In this document: positions 25,722-39,317 of the stretch, piece after piece
Position numbering within the stretch: position 1 is the stretch's first letter
Layout of the letters: every line of letters starts with the position of its first letter
NCBI GenBank assembly: GCA_964016885.1
Contig: OZ024742.1
Span: 153,388,001-153,452,000 of the forward strand
Reading direction: 5' to 3'
Length of the DNA stretch: 64,000 nt
Source of the DNA: Eledone cirrhosa
Taxonomy: Eukaryota
Translations under genes and position numbers: made by a program
The notes under the pieces: generated by a model
What the model saw: the letters and a program-made list of their open reading frames with translations, nothing else
Told to the model about the DNA's origin: nothing
Database searches by the model: none

Positions 25722-27384
25722 TGTCCTTATTTGAACACATACATGCGTGAACATTTATGGACGGACATATGCGTGTATACGTGTGTGTGGGTGGTGTGAA
25801 GTTGGATTTGGATGTGGAGTTGTGGGTGTAGGCCTATGGGCGTGTGTGTTTGTGCTTTCTAATGTATATTTATGGGACGTATATACAGTGCACATGTGTT
25901 TATTATTTATATATTTAATCAATTTAAACAACCGTATAGAGATAGTAAGACATGACAGACTAGTGGCGGTAGCTTACAGCCTAGAGATAAACACATGATA
26001 GACCGAGAGCTAAAGAAAGACAAATGGAATGAGAAGCCATAGACAACTAACAAATAGAAGTTTAAGGAAAAATGGAAAATGAGGGCAGCACTAAAGCAGC
26101 TAAATCATTTTATTTTTGAAAACCTTCTTAGCCCCCACGTTTTCAATTATCTTGTTTATAGTTGATATATTTTATATCCAATTTCGTTATTTTTATAATG
26201 ATCAGCTTCTAAATGTCCTCTTTGTCTGGCTGATAATTTTCACATTGGAACAAACACTGTTATAAGAACATAGAGAGGATTATCTGCAGCCTGTTCGTGA
26301 TAACATATAGTTCAAAGCTAAAAAGACCCGTTCTACGCCAGCATAGTCAATTTTTAATTAACATTGTTGAGGATCTGATATGTATTAAATGTTGACAAAT
26401 CTTGCTGAGAAAATGGATAATTGTAACTAGAAATCTTATCACTAGATTCTTTCCTAAATTCTCCAGCCCTTGACTAATTATATTTTGGTTAAATGATTTT
26501 ACTTGCGATAGATTTGGGATGTAATCAACATCCCTTATTTCCCTTTATGTTACAACCTTTCATAATTCATCTGCTTTGCTACTCCTTCTAATATTTTTAG
26601 AACTAGTATCCAAATCATTTTTTCGTTTGTTTTCAGAAAGGTAGGTATGTATTTTTAGAAGAGCCCTTTCAATATCTTTAACCCGAAAGGAAAGAACAAA
26701 TTAGAGTCATATTCGATGCCCTGATTCGATAGAAAAAGAGGTTGATATATTGATAGGGTGAAGATCGGATTTGAATTTACAGCTCCTTATCTCGCAAGCT
26801 TGTTTAAATGAACGGTGGTATTTTTGGTAGTTTTTTCGTCAATATGTTAATACGTTTCTGAAGTAGAATTAGGTCATCTGGACAATAACTTCGTAGGTTC
26901 GTCACAGAAACTGAAGTAGTTGGCCAGTAGATATGTAAATAGCTTATTCAATCAATCTCATGGACTACAAAAGGATTGTGGTTTGTGTCAGGAGGGTGGG
27001 ATCGTTAATTTTGAGGAAATATGCAGAGTAGTGTGAGGTTTTAGGCACTTAGACAGCAAGGAGGAGGACGAGGAAGGGGAGAAACAAGGAAATTATAAAC
27101 TTCTGTTTATCAGTACAATCACTAGTAGCTACACTAATATTTAGGCAAATCTGTATATAAGACAAATCTCCATGCACACAACAACTATATGTGTGCATTA
27201 GTTCTACTAACTGCACACACAAATATGGATGCACTCACACACACACGCGCACCCCCCCCCCCACACACACACACACGGACACATATATATATATATATTT
27301 ATTTATTCATGTATATATATGTATGTAATATATATATATATATATATATGTACATATATGTGTACATATATATATATATGTATA

Positions 27385-27433
<49 letters not shown>

Positions 27434-27434
<1 letters not shown>

Positions 27435-30400
27435 TTGAAACAAAATGAAAACGAAATTTCATTTCTCACTCTTAGTATGGCACTTACTTAAATGTAAGTA
27501 TGCATGTATACGTACATACATATATGTATACAGACGTACAGTAGCATGCACATATATATACATATATGTATACACATATACATACATATGCATACAGGTA
27601 CACATACATATATGCACGTATCAGTTTAGCGGCGCTAACGTCGCTTTGTTCGTTTGTAAACAAACTGAACAGCCTGAATTTATGCCATACGGTGTTAAGG
27701 CAACCACGTCACCTTTTTGTTCAACACTGACACAGGAACGATGTACTAGTTTCAAGCTTGTTAGCTATCATCAGCACCGTTTACCCATCTGCCAGATAGT
27801 TGAACGTTCGAAAGTATATACTTTCCTTATGAAAATTAACGGCTGAGCAGCCTAATTTGCATATTGAGTGAGTTAAATCGGTCAGGCATACCGAAAACGA
27901 TAAATTGAAACAAAATGAAAACGAAATTTCATTTCTCACTCTTAGTATGGCACTTACTTAAATGTAAGTATGCATGTATACGTACATACATATATGTATA
28001 CAGACGTACAGTAGCATGCACATATATATACATATATGTATACACATATACATACATATGCATACAGGTACACATACATATATGCACGTATCAGTTTAGC
28101 GGCGCTAACGTCGCTTTGTTCGTTTGTAAACAAACTGAACAGCCTGAATTTATGCCATACGGTGTTAAGGCAACCACGTCACCTTTTTGTTCAACACTGA
28201 CACAGGAACGATGTACTAGTTTCAAGCTTGTTAGCTATCATCAGCACCGTTTACCCATCTGCCAGATAGTTGAACGTTCGAAAGTATATACTTTCCTTAT
28301 GAAAATTAACGGCTGAGCAGCCTAATTTGCATATTGAGTGAGTTAAATCGGTCAGGCATACCGAAAACGATAAATTGAAACAAAATGAAAACGAAATTTC
28401 ATTTCTCACTCTTAGTATGGCACTTACTTAAATGTAAGTATGCATGTATACGTACATACATATATGTATACAGACGTACAGTAGCATGCACATATATATA
28501 CATATATGTATACACATATACATACATATGCATACAGGTACACATACATATATGCACGTATCAGTTTAGCGGCGCTAACGTCGCTTTGTTCGTTTGTAAA
28601 CAAACTGAACAGCCTGAATTTATGCCATACGGTGTTAAGGCAACCACGTCACCTTTTTGTTCAACACTGACACAGGAACGATGTACTAGTTTCAAGCTTG
28701 TTAGCTATCATCAGCACCGTTTACCCATCTGCCAGATAGTTGAACGTTCGAAAGTATATACTTTCCTTATGAAAATTAACGGCTGAGCAGCCTAATTTGC
28801 ATATTGAGTGAGTTAAATCGGTCAGGCATACCGAAAACGATAAATTGAAACAAAATGAAAACGAAATTTCATTTCTCACTCTTAGTATGGCACTTACTTA
28901 AATGTAAGTATGCATGTATACGTACATACATATATGTATACAGACGTACAGTAGCATGCACATATATATACATATATGTATACACATATACATACATATG
29001 CATACAGGTACACATACATATATGCACGTATCAGTTTAGCGGCGCTAACGTCGCTTTGTTCGTTTGTAAACAAACTGAACAGCCTGAATTTATGCCATAC
29101 GGTGTTAAGGCAACCACGTCACCTTTTTGTTCAACACTGACACAGGAACGATGTACTAGTTTCAAGCTTGTTAGCTATCATCAGCACCGTTTACCCATCT
29201 GCCAGATAGTTGAACGTTCGAAAGTATATACTTTCCTTATGAAAATTAACGGCTGAGCAGCCTAATTTGCATATTGAGTGAGTTAAATCGGTCAGGCATA
29301 CCGAAAACGATAAATTGAAACAAAATGAAAACGAAATTTCATTTCTCACTCTTAGTATGGCACTTACTTAAATGTAAGTATGCATGTATACGTACATACA
29401 TATATGTATACAGACGTACAGTAGCATGCACATATATATACATATATGTATACACATATACATACATATGCATACAGGTACACATACATATATGCACGTA
29501 TCAGTTTAGCGGCGCTAACGTCGCTTTGTTCGTTTGTAAACAAACTGAACAGCCTGAATTTATGCCATACGGTGTTAAGGCAACCACGTCACCTTTTTGT
29601 TCAACACTGACACAGGAACGATGTACTAGTTTCAAGCTTGTTAGCTATCATCAGCACCGTTTACCCATCTGCCAGATAGTTGAACGTTCGAAAGTATATA
29701 CTTTCCTTATGAAAATTAACGGCTGAGCAGCCTAATTTGCATATTGAGTGAGTTAAATCGGTCAGGCATACCGAAAACGATAAATTGAAACAAAATGAAA
29801 ACGAAATTTCATTTCTCACTCTTAGTATGGCACTTACTTAAATGTAAGTATGCATGTATACGTACATACATATATGTATACAGACGTACAGTAGCATGCA
29901 CATATATATACATATATGTATACACATATACATACATATGCATACAGGTACACATACATATATGCACGTATCAGTTTAGCGGCGCTAACGTCGCTTTGTT
30001 CGTTTGTAAACAAACTGAACAGCCTGAATTTATGCCATACGGTGTTAAGGCAACCACGTCACCTTTTTGTTCAACACTGACACAGGAACGATGTACTAGT
30101 TTCAAGCTTGTTAGCTATCATCAGCACCGTTTACCCATCTGCCAGATAGTTGAACGTTCGAAAGTATATACTTTCCTTATGAAAATTAACGGCTGAGCAG
30201 CCTAATTTGCATATTGAGTGAGTTAAATCGGTCAGGCATACCGAAAACGATAAATTGAAACAAAATGAAAACGAAATTTCATTTCTCACTCTTAGTATGG
30301 CACTTACTTAAATGTAAGTATGCATGTATACGTACATACATATATGTATACAGACGTACAGTAGCATGCACATATATATACATATATGTATACACATATA

Positions 30401-33400
30401 CATACATATGCATACAGGTACACATACATATATGCACGTATCAGTTTAGCGGCGCTAACGTCGCTTTGTTCGTTTGTAAACAAACTGAACAGCCTGAATT
30501 TATGCCATACGGTGTTAAGGCAACCACGTCACCTTTTTGTTCAACACTGACACAGGAACGATGTACTAGTTTCAAGCTTGTTAGCTATCATCAGCACCGT
30601 TTACCCATCTGCCAGATAGTTGAACGTTCGAAAGTATATACTTTCCTTATGAAAATTAACGGCTGAGCAGCCTAATTTGCATATTGAGTGAGTTAAATCG
30701 GTCAGGCATACCGAAAACGATAAATTGAAACAAAATGAAAACGAAATTTCATTTCTCACTCTTAGTATGGCACTTACTTAAATGTAAGTATGCATGTATA
30801 CGTACATACATATATGTATACAGACGTACAGTAGCATGCACATATATATACATATATGTATACACATATACATACATATGCATACAGGTACACATACATA
30901 TATGCACGTATCAGTTTAGCGGCGCTAACGTCGCTTTGTTCGTTTGTAAACAAACTGAACAGCCTGAATTTATGCCATACGGTGTTAAGGCAACCACGTC
31001 ACCTTTTTGTTCAACACTGACACAGGAACGATGTACTAGTTTCAAGCTTGTTAGCTATCATCAGCACCGTTTACCCATCTGCCAGATAGTTGAACGTTCG
31101 AAAGTATATACTTTCCTTATGAAAATTAACGGCTGAGCAGCCTAATTTGCATATTGAGTGAGTTAAATCGGTCAGGCATACCGAAAACGATAAATTGAAA
31201 CAAAATGAAAACGAAATTTCATTTCTCACTCTTAGTATGGCACTTACTTAAATGTAAGTATGCATGTATACGTACATACATATATGTATACAGACGTACA
31301 GTAGCATGCACATATATATACATATATGTATACACATATACATACATATGCATACAGGTACACATACATATATGCACGTATCAGTTTAGCGGCGCTAACG
31401 TCGCTTTGTTCGTTTGTAAACAAACTGAACAGCCTGAATTTATGCCATACGGTGTTAAGGCAACCACGTCACCTTTTTGTTCAACACTGACACAGGAACG
31501 ATGTACTAGTTTCAAGCTTGTTAGCTGTCATCAGCACCGTTTACCCATCTGCCAGATAGTTGAACGTTCGAAAGTATATACTTTCCTTATGAAAATTAAC
31601 GGCTGAGCAGCCTAATTTGCATATTGAGTGAGTTAAATCGGTCAGGCATACCGAAAACGATAAATTGAAACAAAATGAAAACGAAATTTCATTTCTCACT
31701 CTTAGTATGGCACTTACTTAAATGTAAGTATGCATGTATACGTACATACATATATGTATACAGACGTACAGTAGCATGCACATATATATACATATATGTA
31801 TACACATATACATACATATGCATACAGGTACACATACATATATGCACGTATCAGTTTAGCGGCGCTAACGTCGCTTTGTTCGTTTGTAAACAAACTGAAC
31901 AGCCTGAATTTATGCCATACGGTGTTAAGGCAACCACGTCACCTTTTTGTTCAACACTGACACAGGAACGATGTACTAGTTTCAAGCTTGTTAGCTATCA
32001 TCAGCACCGTTTACCCATCTGCCAGATAGTTGAACGTTCGAAAGTATATACTTTCCTTATGAAAATTAACGGCTGAGCAGCCTAATTTGCATATTGAGTG
32101 AGTTAAATCGGTCAGGCATACCGAAAACGATAAATTGAAACAAAATGAAAACGAAATTTCATTTCTCACTCTTAGTATGGCACTTACTTAAATGTAAGTA
32201 TGCATGTATACGTACATACATATATGTATACAGACGTACAGTAGCATGCACATATATATACATATATGTATACACATATACATACATATGCATACAGGTA
32301 CACATACATATATGCACGTATCAGTTTAGCGGCGCTAACGTCGCTTTGTTCGTTTGTAAACAAACTGAACAGCCTGAATTTATGCCATACGGTGTTAAGG
32401 CAACCACGTCACCTTTTTGTTCAACACTGACACAGGAACGATGTACTAGTTTCAAGCTTGTTAGCTATCATCAGCACCGTTTACCCATCTGCCAGATAGT
32501 TGAACGTTCGAAAGTATATACTTTCCTTATGAAAATTAACGGCTGAGCAGCCTAATTTGCATATTGAGTGAGTTAAATCGGTCAGGCATACCGAAAACGA
32601 TAAATTGAAACAAAGTGAAAACGAAATTTCATTTCTCACTCTTAGTATGGCACTTACTTAAATGTAAGTATGCATGTATACGTACATACATATATGTATA
32701 CAGACGTACAGTAGCATGCACATATATATACATATATGTATACACATATACATACATATGCATACAGGTACACATACATATATGCACGTATCAGTTTAGC
32801 GGCGCTAACGTCGCTTTGTTCGTTTGTAAACAAACTGAACAGCCTGAATTTATGCCATACGGTGTTAAGGCAACCACGTCACCTTTTTGTTCAACACTGA
32901 CACAGGAACGATGTACTAGTTTCAAGCTTGTTAGCTATCATCAGCACCGTTTACCCATCTGCCAGATAGTTGAACGTTCGAAAGTATATACTTTCCTTAT
33001 GAAAATTAACGGCTGAGCAGCCTAATTTGCATATTGAGTGAGTTAAATCGGTCAGGCATACCGAAAACGATAAATTGAAACAAAATGAAAACGAAATTTC
33101 ATTTCTCACTCTTAGTATGGCACTTACTTAAATGTAAGTATGCATGTATACGTACATACATATATGTATACAGACGTACAGTAGCATGCACATATATATA
33201 CATATATGTATACACATATACATACATATGCATACAGGTACACATACATATATGCACGTATCAGTTTAGCGGCGCTAACGTCGCTTTGTTCGTTTGTAAA
33301 CAAACTGAACAGCCTGAATTTATGCCATACGGTGTTAAGGCAACCACGTCACCTTTTTGTTCAACACTGACACAGGAGCGATGTACTAGTTTCAAGCTTG

Positions 33401-33758
33401 TTAGCTATCATCAGCACCGTTTACCCATCTGCCAGATAGTTGAACGTTCGAAAGTATATACTTTCCTTATGAAAATTAACGGCTGAGCAGCCTAATTTGC
33501 ATATTGAGTGAGTTAAATCGGTCAGGCATACCGAAAACGATAAATTGAAACAAAATGAAAACGAAATTTCATTTCTCACTCTTAGTATGGCACTTACTTA
33601 AATGTAAGTATGCATGTATACGTACATACATATATGTATACAGACGTACAGTAGCATGCACATATATATACATATATGTATACACATATACATACATATG
33701 CATACAGGTACACATACATATATGCACGTATCAGTTTAGCGGCGCTAACGTCGCTTTG
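27434..33758. repeat. 470-bp head-to-tail tandem array, 13 full units plus ~215-bp partial unit, nearly invariant
   Basis: Identical blocks at exact 470-bp period (ORF-track starts 27445, 27915 ... 33555); begins directly after (TA)n. Confidence 0.98.
27737..27781 (-). ncRNA. Minimal type I hammerhead ribozyme in array unit 1; repeated every 470 bp (13 minus-strand copies)
   Basis: Minus strand AACGGUG-CUGAUGA-U-AGCU-AACA-AGCU-U-GAAA-CUAG-UA-CAUCGUU: 7-bp stem I, intact core, 4-bp stem II, palindromic ACUAGU stem III, GUA cleavage triplet. Confidence 0.85.
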
Positions 33759-34062
33759 GCAGATGGGTAAACGGTGCTGATGATAGCTAACAAGCTTGAA
33801 ACTAGTACATCGTTCCTGTGTCAGTGTTGAACAAAAAGGTGACGTGGTTGCCTTAACACCGTATGGCATAAATTCAGGCTGTTCAGTTTGTTTACAAACG
33901 AACAAAGCGACGTTAGCGCCGCTAAACTGATACGTGCATATATGTATGTGTACCTGTATGCATATGTATGTATATGTGTATACATATATGTATATATATG
34001 TGCATGCTACTGTACGTCTGTATACATATATGTATGTACGTATACATGCATACTTACATTTA
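33757..34062 (-). repeat. Inverted partial copy (306 bp) of the 470-bp unit terminating the array
   Basis: Reverse complement of the unit from ...cccatctgcca back to taaatgtaagta; 2-nt TG overlap at the junction; followed by (TA)n. Confidence 0.97.
33770..33814 (+). ncRNA. Type I hammerhead ribozyme in the inverted terminal copy
   Basis: CTGATGA 33777-33783, GAAA 33798-33801, predicted cleavage after A33807, stem I aacggtg/catcgtt. Confidence 0.85.
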
Positions 34063-34123
34063 TATATATATATATATATATATATACTCACATAACACAC
34101 ACACGGACACACATATATATGTG

Positions 34124-34163
<40 letters not shown>

Positions 34164-34177
34164 ATATTATGTATATA

Positions 34178-35078
34178 CTAGCACCAGTACCCAGCGTTGC
34201 CTGGGTAGGTAAAATAATATCTGCTTTGCTGAAAAGGTGTTGATATTAGCGATTGCGAGTTTCTTGAAAATTTATGATAAGGTGTAGCAAATGGCGAAAT
34301 GTTGAGTGAAATCGTATGGAATATATGGGAGGTGGAAAGAAATCATATTTTGGAGAGTTAGACGGCAGCCGCGCCGCCCATGAATAAAAAATGCAAAGTG
34401 TAAAGCTACTGTAAGATGTGCAATGATCGGTTCTAACGTAGTATAAAAGGTGAACCAAATAAATTGATTTATGTGTGAGGTGGAGCCGAAGTTTCGAATT
34501 TAAACTAAATCGGTTGAAAAATGTGGGAGCTAGAGCCGACAAGGCGAACATTTAAGCGAAAAGGTGGTATTTTTGAATATTTAAGCAGGTGCCACGCCGT
34601 TCCTGAACAAAAAATGCACAATGTAAAGCAACTTTAAGAGGTGAAATAATCAGATCTAGCGTAGTGTAAAATTTGAACAAAGTAGGTTGATTAATGTGGG
34701 AGCTAGAGCCGAAAAGCTGGAAATTTGAGTCTAAAAGTGGTATTTTGGAATATTTAAGCGACTGCCACGCCGTCCTTGAACAACAAATGCAAAATATAAA
34801 GCCATTATAGGATGTGCAATCTTAAATTCTATTTTGCTCTGATATTTGATCGTATTCGGTGACAAAATGTGGGAGCTAGAGTTCCTAAAAACAGGTGACC
34901 TCGCCTATAGATTTTTATCTGCAGAATGACTGCGGAATAAAAGAAACGATACGCTGATATATAGAAAATACTCCACGATGACTAATCTATGAGCCTGTAA
35001 AGTTTCATAAAAATCGATCGTAAGATTTAGGTAATACACACTCACACACACACATACACACACACACACACACACACG

Positions 35079-35095
<17 letters not shown>
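34178..35095 (-). mobile_element. Probable non-autonomous Helitron-like element with internal ~173-bp tandem subrepeats
   Basis: Minus-strand 3' end is hairpin tacccag-N6-ctgggta (34188-34207) followed 6 nt later by CTAG|T; tgtgggagctagag recurs at ~34522, 34696, 34868; 5' boundary uncertain, in (CA)n(TA)n. Confidence 0.6.
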
Positions 35096-35149
<54 letters not shown>

Positions 35150-35599
35150 GTTTGATCTACGGGTATCCAGCATACATATATTGCGCCAAGCCTGGAGTAT
35201 TGTGACAAACTCATACACCATTAATACAGACTGGCACAGTAGACTAAACATTTGAACACTAACGGATTATTTTCAACATGTATGCCTAGTAGACACATTC
35301 TCCTCCAAGAATATACCGACATCTACTAACTTTTCTTAATCCAAAATGCTATCGGAGAAATTGGAATATATGATACAAATATAGCGATGAAAAGCTCAGA
35401 TTGTTTACAGAGTTATGGTAATTACCTCCAGCAAGTGTTTCAAACTCAAATCAACCAAATACCCATCGACATTTAAAGATTTAGCAGGCCCCTTAGATGT
35501 AATCACTAGCATAAGGTTCCATGAATACTACAGTTGCTTCCAAAAATCTATATTGTATATGTAAATAAATTTAGACCGTCAAATAACATTTGTTTTCTC

Positions 35600-36050
35600 A
35601 AACAAGACTATGAATCTACATGATGTAAATATAGATAGATATGATCAACTTATGTTAAGCAATATAACAAGTAAGAACCTAAGAACCAGAAGGCGAAACA
35701 TGTCACTTACATTTCTATAAACTATGAGGTCAAAGAAATAGCTAGAAACTTTAAAATGGAATATAGACTAGAAAGATTGGCTAAGCGCAATGCTTTTATT
35801 GGGAAAGGAAATCGGGTTTTTCTAATAGGCTATCCTGCAGGCTCATAAACCCTGTAAGAAAAAAATTAGGGTTCGCTAGTAAGAAACAATTAGAATAAAA
35901 AACACACGTATCATAAACAACACGAACAGTTATATTCAGGTTCAAAGTCATCCCATCTAAGAACAAAGCTGACTTCACACAGTGTGATATAACCAATGTT
36001 TACCCATCTATTAGTAAACAACTACAGGACAAGGCCTTCGCCTTCGGATC
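35600..36050 (+). mobile_element. Penelope-like element RT N-terminal fragment (degenerate)
   Basis: Translates to SCRLINPVRKKLGFASKKQL ... FTQCDITNVYPSISKQL, resembling the PLE CRLINP / FDI..YPSI motifs. Confidence 0.7.
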
Positions 36051-36157
36051 TACCAGTGTCTAAGAGCTTGATCCGATTTACCATACTAGCTACTTCACTA
36101 TATCCCTCTATTTATCCCTCCCATTTTTTATATACCTAAAATAGTTATAATATAATT

Positions 36158-36194
<37 letters not shown>

Positions 36195-36195
36195 T

Positions 36196-36320
36196 TCGTT
36201 TCTGAATTTGTTTAGCAAGATTCTTTATCTGAAATCGTGTGTTGAAACCGATATTGTTATACTTGGGAGGGTCATGTTGCCAATAAGTTTCTTATTGGCA
36301 ACATGACCCTCCCAAAGTAT

Positions 36321-36328
<8 letters not shown>
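36196..36328. mobile_element. Internally deleted, inverted copy of the 53.7-kb foldback element (tail + 37-bp-arm hairpin), in (TA)n
   Basis: Shares tattgttatact(t)tgggagggtcatgttgccaataag and the ~56-bp tail with 53701-54286. Confidence 0.88.
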
Positions 36329-36372
<44 letters not shown>

Positions 36373-38579
36373 GTATATATATCGATTGAACATAGATTAT
36401 ATTTGATAGGGAATAATATAAACGAGCAAACTAGAAATGTTAGTTTTACGTGCGATGTAAACCGATGTACTATTGTAGACACCTTAGAAAATGTATTATA
36501 AAATTGTGCAGCGTAATGGCACATGTACAAAATATTTAAGTTGATGTGACTATGGATTGTATCTACCACCTTCTTATTTATACTTCTTTCTTTGTCTACG
36601 CAAGCACCCAATGAAAAATACCTATATATTCGAGAGGATAAGATACGGACGATTGAACTATACAAATAATATTTCTTTAGGAAATAGATGTCTTATATTC
36701 TTAAATAAAAGTTAACAAAGTTATTGTAGAAACCATAAGTTTAGTCAATCAATTTTATTGAGATATATGGCAAAAAGCTCAGAAGCTGCGTTGGAAGAAG
36801 AATTAGTTTGACCTGCATTCTTGAATAAGTGAGCTACTGCGCCTGGTAATATATTCTTTGAAAATAGGAATTGTGGGTGTGATAATTGAATAAAAGCATG
36901 CTTAGTAACTGTTCATGCCACTCGTACACAAGATTCAATATGGAGGAAATAATCATTTGTATAATTTATTGCCAGATGTAGCCATTAGTTTGGTCTCCAA
37001 TATAATCATCGAGTGAACACATAAATGTCTAATAACTGTCTATCGGTTAAACAGTAAGAATATGTGATTAGAAGAATGAAGAATATGTATTGCAAGGAAT
37101 GAAATAATAGATGTTTCTTCTACACTGTTATTCTATTTAATGTGAATGCAATAGCACTGACTTTCATATGCGTCATATACCACAGATCAAACGGAATTGA
37201 TGAAATGATACATGCTGATATCACAACAACATTTCCAATGCGAGAACAAACATTCACCTTTTTTTTCTAGGCTATATTAATCAATAAATATTTTATTTAT
37301 CTCACACAAATTTTATATACGCAGTCAATTGCAAGACTTCTCAGATATCAATCAATGGGGAATTATCTTTATCGAATTCTGGAAGGATCGAAATGAAAGT
37401 TTATTCCTTTTCATAGAGCATTAATAGCAAGAGGAAAAAATGGATTATACTAATCAGGATGGAATATAAACACGATTAATTCACTATTCTCAGTGAAGCG
37501 ATAATTTTCTCCATAAGCAGTATACAGAAACACACAGACACATACACATATACATACAAACGCACACACACACTGACATATACACAGTTTCCTATCTATT
37601 AATTTGTCCGTCTCATTCATTAGAAAACAACTATCGACTTGTGGTTGAAACAGCGGTGTAATTGATGTTCTTACACCCGTCGTAATATCGATGTTCAAGG
37701 CAGGAAATATTTAGAAATACATGTTTATGGAAAGTAACGTAACCTAATAGAGAATGCAGACATTAAAGACATTCATGTGAGAAAATATCTCAAATCTTGA
37801 TTTAAAACAATTTTGGCATTAAATACCTATGCTATGCAATGCACTGTCTTTCTTATGGCAAAGTTAGATATCATACAAAGTTATATTGAGCTCTATCTTG
37901 TTGAATCTATGTATTTGGCATGAATACTAAAATGAGTAAGACTTGTTTAATATTAGTTGTATTTTCTTTTAAGGAAACGCTCAGATTACCTATGGCAATG
38001 TGAAACATGTCAAATTTGTGAAACGCATTAAGAAACATTTTATAATTAGTCTTACGCTTTGCCTCAAAACGTATAGACTATAAAAATTTGTGAGATACAT
38101 TTTCTACTATATATACATTGTTTAATTTGTCTTTTCTAATTTAGCTTATAGACACATTGATGGGCAACTCATATTGGAAATTAATACTTTCTATTTGTTT
38201 ACATATATTTATCTTATTTTAAGTTTCGTGTCAAATTGCTGAGTATTTCAGGTACATATTTCTACTATGAAAAACTAAAAACAACACGTTATTATTAAAG
38301 CTAAATATAGTAGAGCTGTGAATTTGTCAGTGCCAGGATTAGAGAAATAAATAAAATAACACCTAATGCGTAGAATATGATATCGATTTTCTGCATCGAT
38401 TTTCTTTTGTTTGCTTGATAAAATTATGAAAATATTTCTAGTGGTGAATTAATGCAACAATAATAGGTTCTAAATGATGGAGCTTATGAAAATATCTTGA
38501 TATGTGAAATAAGAACAATAGAGGTCAATGCCCACGGATGCTGCATACGGACATAGAAAAACAATATCCACCAACCCAT

Positions 38580-38611
<32 letters not shown>

Positions 38612-39155
38612 CATATAATGTATCACATTTATAAGTAGATAAATATGGAAATATGTACATGTGTAGTTTGTAAGCGATTATTGTTGATGATGTTTACGTA
38701 TTTGTATGTTATTCAGTTTGCCACAGGTTATCTGAATAAGCAAAGCGCAAAATTATCAATTGCCAATGATATACTTTATACACGTAAATCTTGCAAATAA
38801 CATCGATGCCTAAAACAGCACCTACACGTGGATGCTCATCAGAATATGCGAATACTGCTAACTGAAAATGAGGTCATCAAAATACCATGAACATTGTTCA
38901 ATATAACGATTAATATAATAAAAGACATAATAATGCCAATAATGTTATTGAGAGACATGGTGAACGATCTCACCGAAAAGGTTACTGCGGATGATGAAAT
39001 TTTCATCCGAAGGACAGATTTATGTAAGCACAGATGAAGTGAATGTACAGACACACCTCAATAGCTCTAGTGAATAAACGGGAACATCTCAGCATAGAAA
39101 GTTTAAAGTCGGGATTGCGTAAGCGGTTAACGGCGAAATGTAATTGACTGGCACG

Positions 39156-39229
<74 letters not shown>

Positions 39230-39317
39230 TGTGTGTGTGTGTGTGTGTAGGTAGTACTACGGTGAAATACTGGTGTTGTAACGAAATCAAGCACTCTTTG
39301 GACAGGCAAAGTGTATG

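Noticed and set aside
27445-27846. 133-aa ORF repeated in every 470-bp unit
   Set aside because: Much of it is translated (TA/CA) low-complexity sequence with no recognisable domain; identity across units only reflects the DNA repeat
27434-33758. CRISPR array, rDNA/5S or tRNA/snRNA gene array
   Set aside because: No unique spacers, and no recognisable rRNA, tRNA or snRNA sequence in the unit
27262-34116. acacacacggacac on both flanks of the array as a target-site duplication
   Set aside because: Embedded in microsatellite and separated from the array ends by variable (TA)n; cannot be distinguished from chance
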